Notes under the pieces: generated by a model
Databases searched by the model: none
Told to the model about the DNA's origin: nothing
The model's input: only the letters and a program-made list of their open reading frames with translations
Part shown: positions 46,150 through 54,612 of the stretch, piece by piece
Position numbering within the stretch: position 1 is the first letter of the stretch
How the letters are laid out: every line of letters starts with the position of its first letter
Translations under genes and position numbers: made by a program
NCBI GenBank assembly: GCA_905202255.1
Contig: CAJKRH010000004.1
Coordinates: 4,287 to 68,286 of the forward strand
DNA length: 64,000 bases
Direction: 5' to 3'
DNA from: an uncultured Ruminococcus sp.
GTDB taxonomy: Bacteria > Bacillota > Clostridia > Oscillospirales > CAG-272

Positions 46150-47451
46150 ATGAAAAGAGAATTTAAACAGTTAATCGTGGTTTTTGCTCTCGTTATTGCC
46201 CTTGTGGCAGTAGGTTGCTTAGTATCCGGCTGCGGTAAAAAACAGCCCGATCCGACCCAGACCACCACGGATCCCGTATGGACCATCCCTACATCCGGAG
46301 ACAGCACATCATCATCTGAAACAACAAAAAGCAGCGAAACAACCGCTACAAATGATACTTCTACAACGGCTTCGTCCACAAAACCCGTAGTTCCCCCGTC
46401 AGGCGAATATACAAATCCTCTTACAGGTCTTCCCTGCAAGAAAGATGTTTCCGCAAAGCGTCCGATAGCTGTCATTGTTGACAATATCCAGTTCGCTTAT
46501 CCCCGTCAGTCCGGTCTTACTCAGGCCGATATCCTCTATGAGGGTCTCGTAGCTCCCGGTATCACCCGTTTTATGGCTGTCATCGCGGATTATGACGACC
46601 TTAACCCGATATGCAATCTCCGCTCCGGCAGAGATTATCATATCTTCAGCGCGTTCAACCATGACGCCATCCTCGTTTGTCACAGCGGCGCTATAGTAGC
46701 TTCTCCCTCCACAAACGAGCTCTTCGCTTCCATAGCCGAAAGACTTTACGGCCGTTATATTTCTTCCAAGGGCAAAATTTACTACGGATATGTAAACACC
46801 AAGGATGAGGCTCGCTTCTCTCAGGCTGAAAGCGGCAAAAAGTATGGCACTATCAAGGATTACGGCGCTCGCAAGGATCTCCAGTGGGATACGCTTTTCG
46901 TATCAAGCGCTTTCAAGGACACTCTCAAATATGGTCTCTGCACATATGTCAAGGGCTTCAGTGCAGACCGCTCAAAGAGCGAAAGTCTCAGCTTCATGAC
47001 ATACGGCACATCCGCAAATATGCCGAATGCACAGACAGCAAACAGAGTTATCGTTTCCTTCTCTCTCGAAAAAGCAACGGGAAGCAAAAATGTTGAGTAC
47101 ACATATACAAACGGCAGATACTACCGCAATCAGGACGGCAGTGCCCACAAGGATGCCGTAACAGGCGAACAGCTCTCTTTCAAGAACCTTATCACGCTCA
47201 ATACACAGGTTACCAACTATGCAGGTACCAAGGAAGACCCGAACCTTGCCGATATCGTTGTTATCGGCAGCGGCACGGGTATGTATATAAGCGAGGGCAA
47301 GGCTATCGAGATAAGATGGAGCAAGTCCGGCGAGACAACACCCCTCGTTCTCACATATGCTGACGGCACACCTCTCAAGCTCAACGCTGGCAATACATGC
47401 ATCTCTTTCGTAAACAGAGCAGATGCTTCTTCCGTCAGAGTTCTCGGCTGA
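46150..47451 (+). CDS. DUF3048-domain lipoprotein (YerB-like)
   Basis: 433 aa. Lipobox LVSGCGK and a Thr/Ser-rich linker. NPLTGLPCKKDVSAKRPIAVIVDNIQFAYPRQSGLTQADILYEGLVAPGITRF. Confidence 0.8.
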   Translation: MKREFKQLIVVFALVIALVAVGCLVSGCGKKQPDPTQTTTDPVWTIPTSGDSTSSSETTKSSETTATNDTSTTASSTKPVVPPSGEYTNPLTGLPCKKDVSAKRPIAVIVDNIQFAYPRQSGLTQADILYEGLVAPGITRFMAVIADYDDLNPICNLRSGRDYHIFSAFNHDAILVCHSGAIVASPSTNELFASIAERLYGRYISSKGKIYYGYVNTKDEARFSQAESGKKYGTIKDYGARKDLQWDTLFVSSAFKDTLKYGLCTYVKGFSADRSKSESLSFMTYGTSANMPNAQTANRVIVSFSLEKATGSKNVEYTYTNGRYYRNQDGSAHKDAVTGEQLSFKNLITLNTQVTNYAGTKEDPNLADIVVIGSGTGMYISEGKAIEIRWSKSGETTPLVLTYADGTPLKLNAGNTCISFVNRADASSVRVLG

Positions 47452-47627
47452 TAGCCGTAGCAAATAACAAAGCAGATTTAAATACGGATTTCCGTTAGTT
47501 AGTCATAACCACCGGCAAAGCCGGTGGCTTGCACAGCCCTATAAGGGCATGGTACTGGCAGGGCTGAAAGCCCTCTGAAAAGTCTGCCAACCGCAAGCGG
47601 TCTCAAGCAACCGCTAAAGCGGTTGGC

Positions 47628-48036
47628 TTATTTTTTGCTTGCGTGCACCGGCTCACCCGTAAACGGGTCAACCAACTCTTTTATACTCATTTGTTCATAC
47701 GCCAGATCCTCTTGCAGCTGATTCCGTATGTATTCGGCAATTGCCTTTTTGTTCTTTCCCAGTGTATCAACATAGTATCCTCTGCACCAAAATTCTCTGT
47801 TGCCATATCTGTATTTCATATTTGCGTGTTTGTCGAATATCATCAAACTACTTTTCCCTTTCAGATATCCCATAAAACTCGACACACTGATCTTCGGCTG
47901 TATGGACAAATACTATGTGAGGGATGAATAAGAACCAAAACAACAGTTGGCGCCTGCCATCGGTTGATTTTCTATCAAAACAGTTTAGCTGACTTGCCAA
48001 ATGATATCTGTACTTTCCACAAGATTTCGGATACAA
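47628..48036 (-). pseudogene. IS200/IS605-family tnpA (Y1 transposase) remnant, frame-disrupted
   Basis: The C-terminal ORF (47628..47909) reads PKISVSSFMGYLKGKSSLMIF...REFWCRGYYVDTLGKNKKAIAEYIRNQ, a typical IS200 TnpA. The N-terminal part (..IPHIVFVH..) is in another frame (47848..48036) and is too short. Confidence 0.65.
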
Positions 48037-48081
48037 TAAAATCGCGGTCGACCGAAAAACAAAAATAAGGAGCGATAAAAT

Positions 48082-48858
48082 ATGAAAACATTTGGAGAAA
48101 AAATAGCCGAGCTTCGCAAAGAAAGAGGTATCACGCAGGAAAATCTCGCCGGAATCATCGGCGTTTCTGCACAGGCGATTTCAAAATGGGAAAACAACGC
48201 GACCATGCCCGATATTATGCTTCTCCCGATTATAGCAGATACACTTGGAGTGACGATTGATGAACTTTTCGGAATCAGGCGTAAGGTGCAGGAAAAGCCG
48301 CTCAATTGCGAAGAAACTCCCAAGGCCGTTTACGACCAGATATTGAATACCATGTGGAGATCGGGAGATAACAACGATTTTGCGGAAAGAGCAAAAGCGC
48401 AGTTTGCGAAGAACCCATACGAGCACAGCGGATTCGTTTCCGAAGTTGCCGGTGCGGCATATGCAAATAAGGATATTGCTCTCACATATCTCCCGAGCGA
48501 TAAGGAATCCTTGAAACTGCTTGAAAATGAAGATGCGGCAGAACTTTTGAAAATGCTTTCCGATAAAAATGTGCGCCTTGTGCTTGCGTATCAATTTGAA
48601 AATCCGGAAAAAGCATTTACGGCTTCCTCTGCTGCCGCAAAGGTCGGGATATCCGAGGAAGAGGCGAAAGCCGCACTTGAAAAACTGTTTGAATGCAACA
48701 TGACTACGGCAAGGGATATCGATGCGGGTTTGGAAGAAATGTTGCGGATTTATCAGGCGTGGGGCACATATAAAATGCCGCTGCTTTTGTTCCCGCTCCT
48801 CTCACTGGCAGACCGTCTCGCGCATTTCAGAGAGAATTGGTACGGCTTCAGAGGATAA
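48082..48858 (+). CDS. XRE-family HTH transcriptional regulator with C-terminal domain of unknown function
   Basis: 258 aa. FGEKIAELRKERGITQENLAGIIGVSAQAISKWENNATMPDIMLLPIIADTLGVTIDELFG. Confidence 0.85.
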   Translation: MKTFGEKIAELRKERGITQENLAGIIGVSAQAISKWENNATMPDIMLLPIIADTLGVTIDELFGIRRKVQEKPLNCEETPKAVYDQILNTMWRSGDNNDFAERAKAQFAKNPYEHSGFVSEVAGAAYANKDIALTYLPSDKESLKLLENEDAAELLKMLSDKNVRLVLAYQFENPEKAFTASSAAAKVGISEEEAKAALEKLFECNMTTARDIDAGLEEMLRIYQAWGTYKMPLLLFPLLSLADRLAHFRENWYGFRG

Positions 48859-49007
48859 CAATCGAAAGTGAGCCATCCTCCCGTCGGTGAAAACGGGAGC
48901 CAAGGGTGAGTATCAGAAGATTTTGCAGAGTGCAACTCTGCTTTCTTCCGATGCTCACTTTTTCTTTTTCAAAAAAACGGAGGTGTTATATGAAAGAATC
49001 AAACTAC

Positions 49008-49121
49008 GGAGAATCAACGGAAGCGTTTCTCTGGATAACGCAATCGAATGGCAGAAATAAATTTGGGATCGCAAATTTTTTGATGCGGAAAACAAAGAAA
49101 AGCCCCGCCGAAGCGGGGCAA
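49008..49121. repeat. 114-bp direct repeat, copy 1 (includes a bidirectional terminator)
   Basis: About 5 mismatches in 114 nt versus 50336..50449. Ends in the GCCCCGC-CGAA-GCGGGGC hairpin. Confidence 0.9.
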
Positions 49122-49125
49122 AAAA

Positions 49126-50025
49126 CTATCTTTTTTCGATTGGAATCCAAAGCTCGCGATATCTCTGATTACGCTTATCTCCACTGTACCAATGTGTTAC
49201 CACAAGCTCAGGAGCATTTTTCAACTGATATCCTGAATTTGGCAGCCATTCGCTTGCGATTTTTTTCCTCAGCTCAAGGAATATCAGCGTTGGATACGCA
49301 CATCTCTCGGTTTCAAATATCGCATAGGTGCATTTGGGAATCGTGATATTTTGATAATACCCGGCGAATTCTTTCCCCAAGACTTCATCCTTGTTGAGAT
49401 TATTGCGATAATATTCGGTCAACCGGCTTGCAATATAAAAGTCGTATCCGTTGTCGTCAATGTTGGTAATGACATCAAAATTGCTTACATTATCGCCCGA
49501 AAGAGCTTGGAGAATGTACTGTAACGGTCTTGTTTTTACATACATTTCTTCTTCTTGTTCTGCACGTTCTCCGGGAACGCCCGAAAAATGACGCTTATAG
49601 CCCGTCAGTATCATTTCCTCTTTTTCTTCAATTCTGTAATTCATGGTGCTACCGCCTTTCAATATAATTTGAATGGACAGGCGGGAGAAAGACTTGAGCA
49701 TCTGACCATTCCTGCGCGCTTCGGATGGAGTGATGCCGTGAAATTTTTGAAATGCTTTTGCAAAGCTGTCCGGAGAGTCATACCTGTATTTCAAAGCTAT
49801 GTCAATCACCTTTGTTTTTGTGTTTGCAAGCTCTGCGCCGGCAAGCGATAATCTGCGGAGCCGGATATACTCCCCGAGCGTGTAGCCGCAGAGTATACCG
49901 AAAATCCGCTGAAAATGATAACCTGACGAAAAACTTTGCTTTGCAACCTCCTCATAATCAATTTCATCTGTAAGATGATTTTCGATGTAGTTTATCGCAT
50001 TTTGAATTCCACATATCCAGTCCAT
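49126..50025 (-). CDS. AraC-family regulator with GyrI-like effector-binding domain
   Basis: Start placed at MDWICGIQNAINYIENHL, with a GGAGG RBS. The AraC HTH pair includes YDSPDSFAKAFQKFHGITPSEAR. The C-terminal ~150 aa are GyrI/Rob-like. Confidence 0.85.
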   Translation of the reverse strand: MDWICGIQNAINYIENHLTDEIDYEEVAKQSFSSGYHFQRIFGILCGYTLGEYIRLRRLSLAGAELANTKTKVIDIALKYRYDSPDSFAKAFQKFHGITPSEARRNGQMLKSFSRLSIQIILKGGSTMNYRIEEKEEMILTGYKRHFSGVPGERAEQEEEMYVKTRPLQYILQALSGDNVSNFDVITNIDDNGYDFYIASRLTEYYRNNLNKDEVLGKEFAGYYQNITIPKCTYAIFETERCAYPTLIFLELRKKIASEWLPNSGYQLKNAPELVVTHWYSGDKRNQRYRELWIPIEKR

Positions 50026-50335
50026 ATTCATCCTCCTGTTAAACATATTATATCATCGCAAAAATTATATTTCCCGATATTTTATGCGGTGTTTTATCGG
50101 ATATATTATATCATAGCTAAAAAACAGTTGCAAGGGTTGACTTAAATCCTTCGGCGGTGAAACTTGGCGTCCGTAGAGACATTTTCGGGTAAAACGGTCC
50201 CGAGATCCGAGCAGTGCAACACGCTCTTCAAGCTGTCGGTTGAAATTTCAATGCTGCTCAATGTGATTGCGGCGACAAATGACATTGAACATGAAGACCT
50301 CGGCAAACTTCGTCACGCCTGCATCGAGGAAGTCC

Positions 50336-50449
50336 GGAGAATCAACGGGAGCGTTTCTCTTGACAACGCAATCGAATGGCAGAAATAAATTCGGGATCGC
50401 AAATTTTTTGATGCGGGAAACAAAGAAAAGCCCCGCCGAAGCGGGGCAA
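50336..50449. repeat. 114-bp direct repeat, copy 2
   Basis: See 49008..49121. Both copies encode the same ORF tail, RINGSVSLDNAIEWQK-stop, followed by the same terminator. Confidence 0.9.
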
Positions 50450-50457
50450 TAACAGTA

Positions 50458-51243
50458 TCATCTGCTTGCTTTCTTTCTGATTCCGACAATAAAATCGCTT
50501 TCTTTTCCCTCGAAAAGTATGTCCAATATCTTTGGTATTTTATCTTTGTATTTTGCATCATTTTCGGTTTCGGAAAGAGCCGTCAAATGATATGATAAAA
50601 GCCAAGCGAGTGGTTCTATAGCAGACTTTGCAATTTTGTTTTTCTTGTTTTTGTCTTTCAGGATGTACACCAATGCAGTTTCTCTTGTCTTGAACAGATT
50701 CGGTAATTTTTCGGCATATTCTATAGCCTTTTCATAGTCGCCATATCTGTAATAGGCATCGGATATGTTGCAAAGTGTCGCACCTCTCACTTCCGAATCA
50801 TCGCAGTAATTCAAAATTCGCTCTTGAATCATGATAGATTCTTTCAGAAACTTTCGTTTTTCCGTTTGGGTTCCGTCAAGCTTTTCGAGTGAAGTAGACA
50901 GTTGCATGAGCAGAAGCGCATTATTAGGATATATTTTCAAAGCATCACGCATAAGCTCAACATTTTCTTTGTGTTTTCCATTTGACCTGTTTTCAGCCCA
51001 TTTTTGATTAATTTCATCAAGCTTGCTTGCGGAAGTTATCTCTTCCATACCTATCAGCTCGTCGACAGATACCGCAAAATAATTTGCAAGAGCAGGCAGC
51101 ATTGTGATATCGGGATAACCGTCTCCGCGCTCCCATTTGCTGATTGCCTGATATGAAATTCCGATATGGGTTGCAACTTCTTCCTGCGTAAGGTCTCTGT
51201 TGCGGCGTAGTTTTTTTAATTTTTCGCCAATCATAAGTTCCAT
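50458..51243 (-). CDS. XRE-family HTH regulator with TPR-like C-terminal domain
   Basis: Start placed at MELMIGEKLKKLRRNRDLTQEEVATHIGISYQAISKWERG, with a GGAGGG RBS. The C-terminal helical repeats contain YYRYGDYEKAIEYAEK (TPR-like). Confidence 0.8.
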   Translation of the reverse strand: MELMIGEKLKKLRRNRDLTQEEVATHIGISYQAISKWERGDGYPDITMLPALANYFAVSVDELIGMEEITSASKLDEINQKWAENRSNGKHKENVELMRDALKIYPNNALLLMQLSTSLEKLDGTQTEKRKFLKESIMIQERILNYCDDSEVRGATLCNISDAYYRYGDYEKAIEYAEKLPNLFKTRETALVYILKDKNKKNKIAKSAIEPLAWLLSYHLTALSETENDAKYKDKIPKILDILFEGKESDFIVGIRKKASR

Positions 51244-51463
51244 CGTGTTACCCTCCGTTTTAATTTTAATTCCGACGCGTCTGAGTAAATTATAAGGTAT
51301 CAGGCGGGAAAAATCAATAACCGCAACATAGACCACGCTCAACTAATAGTAGAAATTTTCTACGAATGTGGGCGAATTGATAACTTTCCGATAACTCTTT
51401 CGATTTCCGCTGGATATATGAAAAGCCTTGTGGTATTGTTGTGCGCGAAAGAAGGTGAAAAAC

Positions 51464-52654
51464 ATGAGTAAACGACGTCCGAACGGGGACGGGATGGTCA
51501 GAAAAAGACCGGACGGAAGATGGGAAGCACGCATCATCGTCGGGCACAAAGAGAACGGCAAGCCGATATACAAATCGGTCTTCGGCAAGACGCAGAGCGA
51601 GGCGATGACGAAATTTTATAAGCTCCTCGAGGCCTATCGCGGGGTGGAGTTAAACGAAGATTGCCTCGTGAACCTGAACGAATGGCTCGACCGCTGGCTC
51701 TGCTATCAGAAGGATGTGGTGCGCCCGCAGACGCTGAACAAATATGTTTTCTATGCGGATGCATACGTCCGTCCGTATCTCGGCTACAAGAAAATCTCGG
51801 CGATCCTCACGCGGGATATGCAACAGCTCTACGTAAAATTGCTCAAAGAAGGGCGCGTCACCGAGAGCAAAACCAAAGGAAAATCGCTCTCGGGCAGTAC
51901 GGTCAGAGCAGTGCATATGATGATGCACAAGTGCTTTGAGATGGCAGTGGAGCAGCATATCATCGTCAAAAATCCGACCGACGGCACAACAATTCCCGCG
52001 CTGAACAGTACGGAACGCAAAGTCTACAACGAGGAACAGCTCAAAAAGTTTCTGAAAATCATTGAGGATGAACCGTGGTGGCGCGACTTCTTCTACCTCG
52101 AATGTATGACGGGACTGCGCAAAGGTGAGATCTGCGGACTGCGCTGGGAGGACTTGAACGAAGCGGAAGGCAAGCTCAGCGTCGCTCGGCAGATCATTCC
52201 GGTCAGGGGCGGAACCACGGTCAGCGATCCGAAAACCGACACCGGTATCCGCACGATCGTCCTGCCCGAAAGCGTTGTCCGCATGCTGAAAGAGCGAAAG
52301 AAAGCCATCGGCTCCGAATGGATTTTTCCGAGCCTGCGCGACGCGGAAAAGCCGATCAACCCCAACACGGCATACGGTACCTTCAAGCGAATCATCAAGA
52401 AAGCGGGGCTTCCCGACATTCCGTTTCACGGTCTGCGTCATACCTACGCCACACATTCGATTGCCGTCGGCGTGGATGAAAAGACGCTGGCAAAGGAACT
52501 CGGACACACAAAACCGGGCTTCACACTCGACTGTTATGCGCATGTGACGGAAGAAATGCAAAAGCGTGCCTCCGAAGTTACGGGCAATGCACTTGAAAAA
52601 ATCCTCGGAAAGGAGCTGAAACCGTGGGTAGACGAAAGAACGGACAAGGGCTGA
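51464..52654 (+). CDS. Tyrosine recombinase / integrase 1 of overlapping tandem pair
   Basis: Start placed at MSKRRPNGDGMVRKRPDGRWEARIIVG (AP2-like arm domain). CMTGLRKGEI (R), HGLRHTYAT (HxxR) and LGHTKPGFTLDCYAHV (H, Y). Confidence 0.9.
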   Translation: MSKRRPNGDGMVRKRPDGRWEARIIVGHKENGKPIYKSVFGKTQSEAMTKFYKLLEAYRGVELNEDCLVNLNEWLDRWLCYQKDVVRPQTLNKYVFYADAYVRPYLGYKKISAILTRDMQQLYVKLLKEGRVTESKTKGKSLSGSTVRAVHMMMHKCFEMAVEQHIIVKNPTDGTTIPALNSTERKVYNEEQLKKFLKIIEDEPWWRDFFYLECMTGLRKGEICGLRWEDLNEAEGKLSVARQIIPVRGGTTVSDPKTDTGIRTIVLPESVVRMLKERKKAIGSEWIFPSLRDAEKPINPNTAYGTFKRIIKKAGLPDIPFHGLRHTYATHSIAVGVDEKTLAKELGHTKPGFTLDCYAHVTEEMQKRASEVTGNALEKILGKELKPWVDERTDKG

Positions 52655-54048
52655 TACGTCAGCGCAAAGACGGCAGATGGGAAGGCAGATGCGTGGTCGG
52701 TTACGATGAAAAGAATCTGCCGATCACGAAAAATGTGCTGGCTAAAACCAAGCGCGAGGTCGAAGAAAAGCTGAAAGCTCTCAAGGAAACCGTGCAGAAA
52801 CCGGTCGTGAAAACCGCCGCAGACATGCCGTTCGGTGAGTATATCGACTACTGGTATCGCAACTTCTGCGAGCTGAGCATTGCCGCAACCACGCGCCTGA
52901 AATACGAAAACGACATCTACAAACACATCATCCCCGGCATCGGAAAGCTCCCGCTTGCCGCGCTCAAAAAGAGTGATCTTGAAAAATTTTATGCCGAACA
53001 GATGAAAAGCGGCAACCTTGATCGCAACGGTGTCGGCGATAAAAAGCTGTCGGGCGCGGCCATCCGTTCGATGCACACCCGCATCAAATGTGCGCTCGAT
53101 CAGGCTTTGAAAGAGGGTCTGGTCAACCGCAATGAAGCGATCGGTTGCAAGCTCCCGCCCAAGAAAAACAAAGAAATTGAGGTGCTGTCACACGAAGAAA
53201 TCGCGCGGCTGCTCATACAGGCGAAGGAAGAAGGCTTTTATGAGCTCATCCTTCTCGGACTTGCCACAGGCATGCGGCGTGGCGAACTGCTCGGACTGAA
53301 ATGGGATGACATCAACTTTACGACAGGCGAGTTGAGCATCAGACGCGAATATACCACGCTCGGTTCTGACTATATCATCAGTACGCCGAAAACAAAATCC
53401 TCGGTGCGGTCGGTGCATCTGCCGCAGTCGGTGCTGAATATTCTCGGAGAGTACCGGAAAACGGTCAGCTCCGATTGGGTGTTTCCGTCACCGCTCGATC
53501 CGACGCATCCGCGCAGTCCGACGAGCTGTCGCAGTCGGCTGTCGGATATGCTGGAGCGCGCCGAATGTAATCATATCCCGTTCCACGGTCTGCGGCATAT
53601 CTTCTCAACCATGGCACTGGAAAACGGGCTGGACATCAAAACGCTGTCCGCCGTCCTCGGTCATTCTTCGGCGGAGACGACCATCAGCGTATATTCTCAT
53701 GTGACAGGCGAGATGGAACGCAATGCCGCAAAGAAAATGGACGATGCCTTCGGCACGCCAAAGCCCGCAGGTTCGCCCGTGTGCGACGATAACCCCGAAG
53801 ACGGGCAAGCACCCGAACAGGAACCGAAACCCGCTGAATTCACCGCCAAAAAGAGCAAGAAGCGCAAGCCCGGCACGGGATGTATCTCCAAGGTTTCAAA
53901 AAACACCTGGCAGGGCAAATATACACCCCGTAGCAAGGACGGCAAGCAGGAGCAACATATCGTTTACGCAAAGAGCGCGGAGGAGTGCGAGAGGAAGCTG
54001 GGGGAGATGATAAAGGGAATCAATGGACAAATATGCGCTGACAGATGA
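52624..54048 (+). CDS. Tyrosine recombinase / integrase 2 of tandem pair, with extra C-terminal AP2-like segment
   Basis: GTG start with AAGGAG 8 nt upstream. It overlaps the last 31 nt of integrase 1. GRRKNGQGLIRQRKDGRWEGRCVVGYD. ATGMRRGEL, HGLRHIFST and LGHSSAETTISVYSHV motifs. The tail GTGCISKVSKNTWQGKYTPRSKDGKQEQHIVYAKSAEECERKL resembles a second arm domain. Confidence 0.9.
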   Translation: MGRRKNGQGLIRQRKDGRWEGRCVVGYDEKNLPITKNVLAKTKREVEEKLKALKETVQKPVVKTAADMPFGEYIDYWYRNFCELSIAATTRLKYENDIYKHIIPGIGKLPLAALKKSDLEKFYAEQMKSGNLDRNGVGDKKLSGAAIRSMHTRIKCALDQALKEGLVNRNEAIGCKLPPKKNKEIEVLSHEEIARLLIQAKEEGFYELILLGLATGMRRGELLGLKWDDINFTTGELSIRREYTTLGSDYIISTPKTKSSVRSVHLPQSVLNILGEYRKTVSSDWVFPSPLDPTHPRSPTSCRSRLSDMLERAECNHIPFHGLRHIFSTMALENGLDIKTLSAVLGHSSAETTISVYSHVTGEMERNAAKKMDDAFGTPKPAGSPVCDDNPEDGQAPEQEPKPAEFTAKKSKKRKPGTGCISKVSKNTWQGKYTPRSKDGKQEQHIVYAKSAEECERKLGEMIKGINGQICADR

Positions 54049-54075
54049 CTTAAAGCAGCAAGGGAAAACAAATAT

Positions 54076-54104
54076 TGACTTATTCACGATAATGTGATAC
54101 AATA
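54076..54104 (+). promoter_or_regulatory. Promoter of small XRE gene
   Basis: TTGACT, 17-nt spacer, (TGa)TACAAT. Confidence 0.6.
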
Positions 54105-54156
54105 AAATCGGTTCAAACCTCCGGACTGACGATTGTCTGAAAAGGAGGCAATCAAT

Positions 54157-54381
54157 ATGAACCAAAAGCAAAAAATAAACAAGGTCAAGACAGGATTAAA
54201 TCTCTATCGTTTGATTGAGGCTTCAGGGAAAACACGGATAGAAATTGCCGAATACCTGGAACTCGAATCTACAAGGGTTATTTACGATTGGACGAGCGGT
54301 ATTAAATTACCTTCTCTTGAAAATCTGCTCAATCTGTCGATTTTGTTTCATGTTTCTATTGAAGACATCCTCGGTACATGA
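54157..54381 (+). CDS. Small XRE-family HTH protein
   Basis: 74 aa from MNQKQKINKV, with AGGAGG 8 nt upstream. LYRLIEASGKTRIEIAEYLELESTRVIYDWTSG. Its own terminator hairpin, CATCCTC...GAGGATG plus a T-run, overlaps the stop. Confidence 0.8.
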   Translation: MNQKQKINKVKTGLNLYRLIEASGKTRIEIAEYLELESTRVIYDWTSGIKLPSLENLLNLSILFHVSIEDILGT

Positions 54382-54442
54382 GGATGTTTTCTTCTTTTTG
54401 AACCGTTAGTTCATTGCAAATAACATAAATTGGTGTATAATG

Positions 54443-54471
54443 TTGACATAAGACCTCTTGTGTGTTATACT
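54443..54471 (+). promoter_or_regulatory. Near-consensus promoter of the orphan-gene leader
   Basis: TTGACA, 17-nt spacer, (TGt)TATACT. TTGACATAAGA / TTGACACATAAGA direct repeats bracket it. Confidence 0.6.
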
Positions 54472-54578
54472 ATTGACACATAAGATATGCAAGGATACGT
54501 TATGCCTTGCTGTTACCTATAAACATCTTGTTAGAGTGGTAGTCGTCTTATGCTTTAGCTTAATAATCAATTAAGCGG

Positions 54579-54612
54579 GGACACTCTTACTCCTAAGGGT
54601 GTCCTTTTTTAT
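54579..54612 (+). terminator. Intrinsic terminator inside the 5' leader, immediately before the RBS of 54631..55596
   Basis: GGACACTCTTA-CTCC-TAAGGGTGTCC forms an 11-bp stem with one G.U pair, followed by TTTTTTAT. AGGAGG is at 54614 and the ATG at 54631. Confidence 0.7.

Noticed and set aside
50164-50388. 74-aa plus-strand ORF between the AraC and XRE-TPR genes.
   Set aside because: It has no ATG or RBS. Its tail is part of the 114-bp duplicated segment. It is best explained as a gene fragment, so it is reported only within the repeat finding.
51417-51470. 17-codon ORF (MKSLVVLLCAKEGEKHE) overlapping the integrase 1 start, and more generally a search for an RRNPP-type signalling peptide next to the HTH-TPR regulator (50458..51243).
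   Set aside because: The ORF has no Shine-Dalgarno sequence and no secretion-type features. A terminator follows the regulator immediately, with no downstream small ORF. The evidence is too weak to call a quorum-sensing pair.
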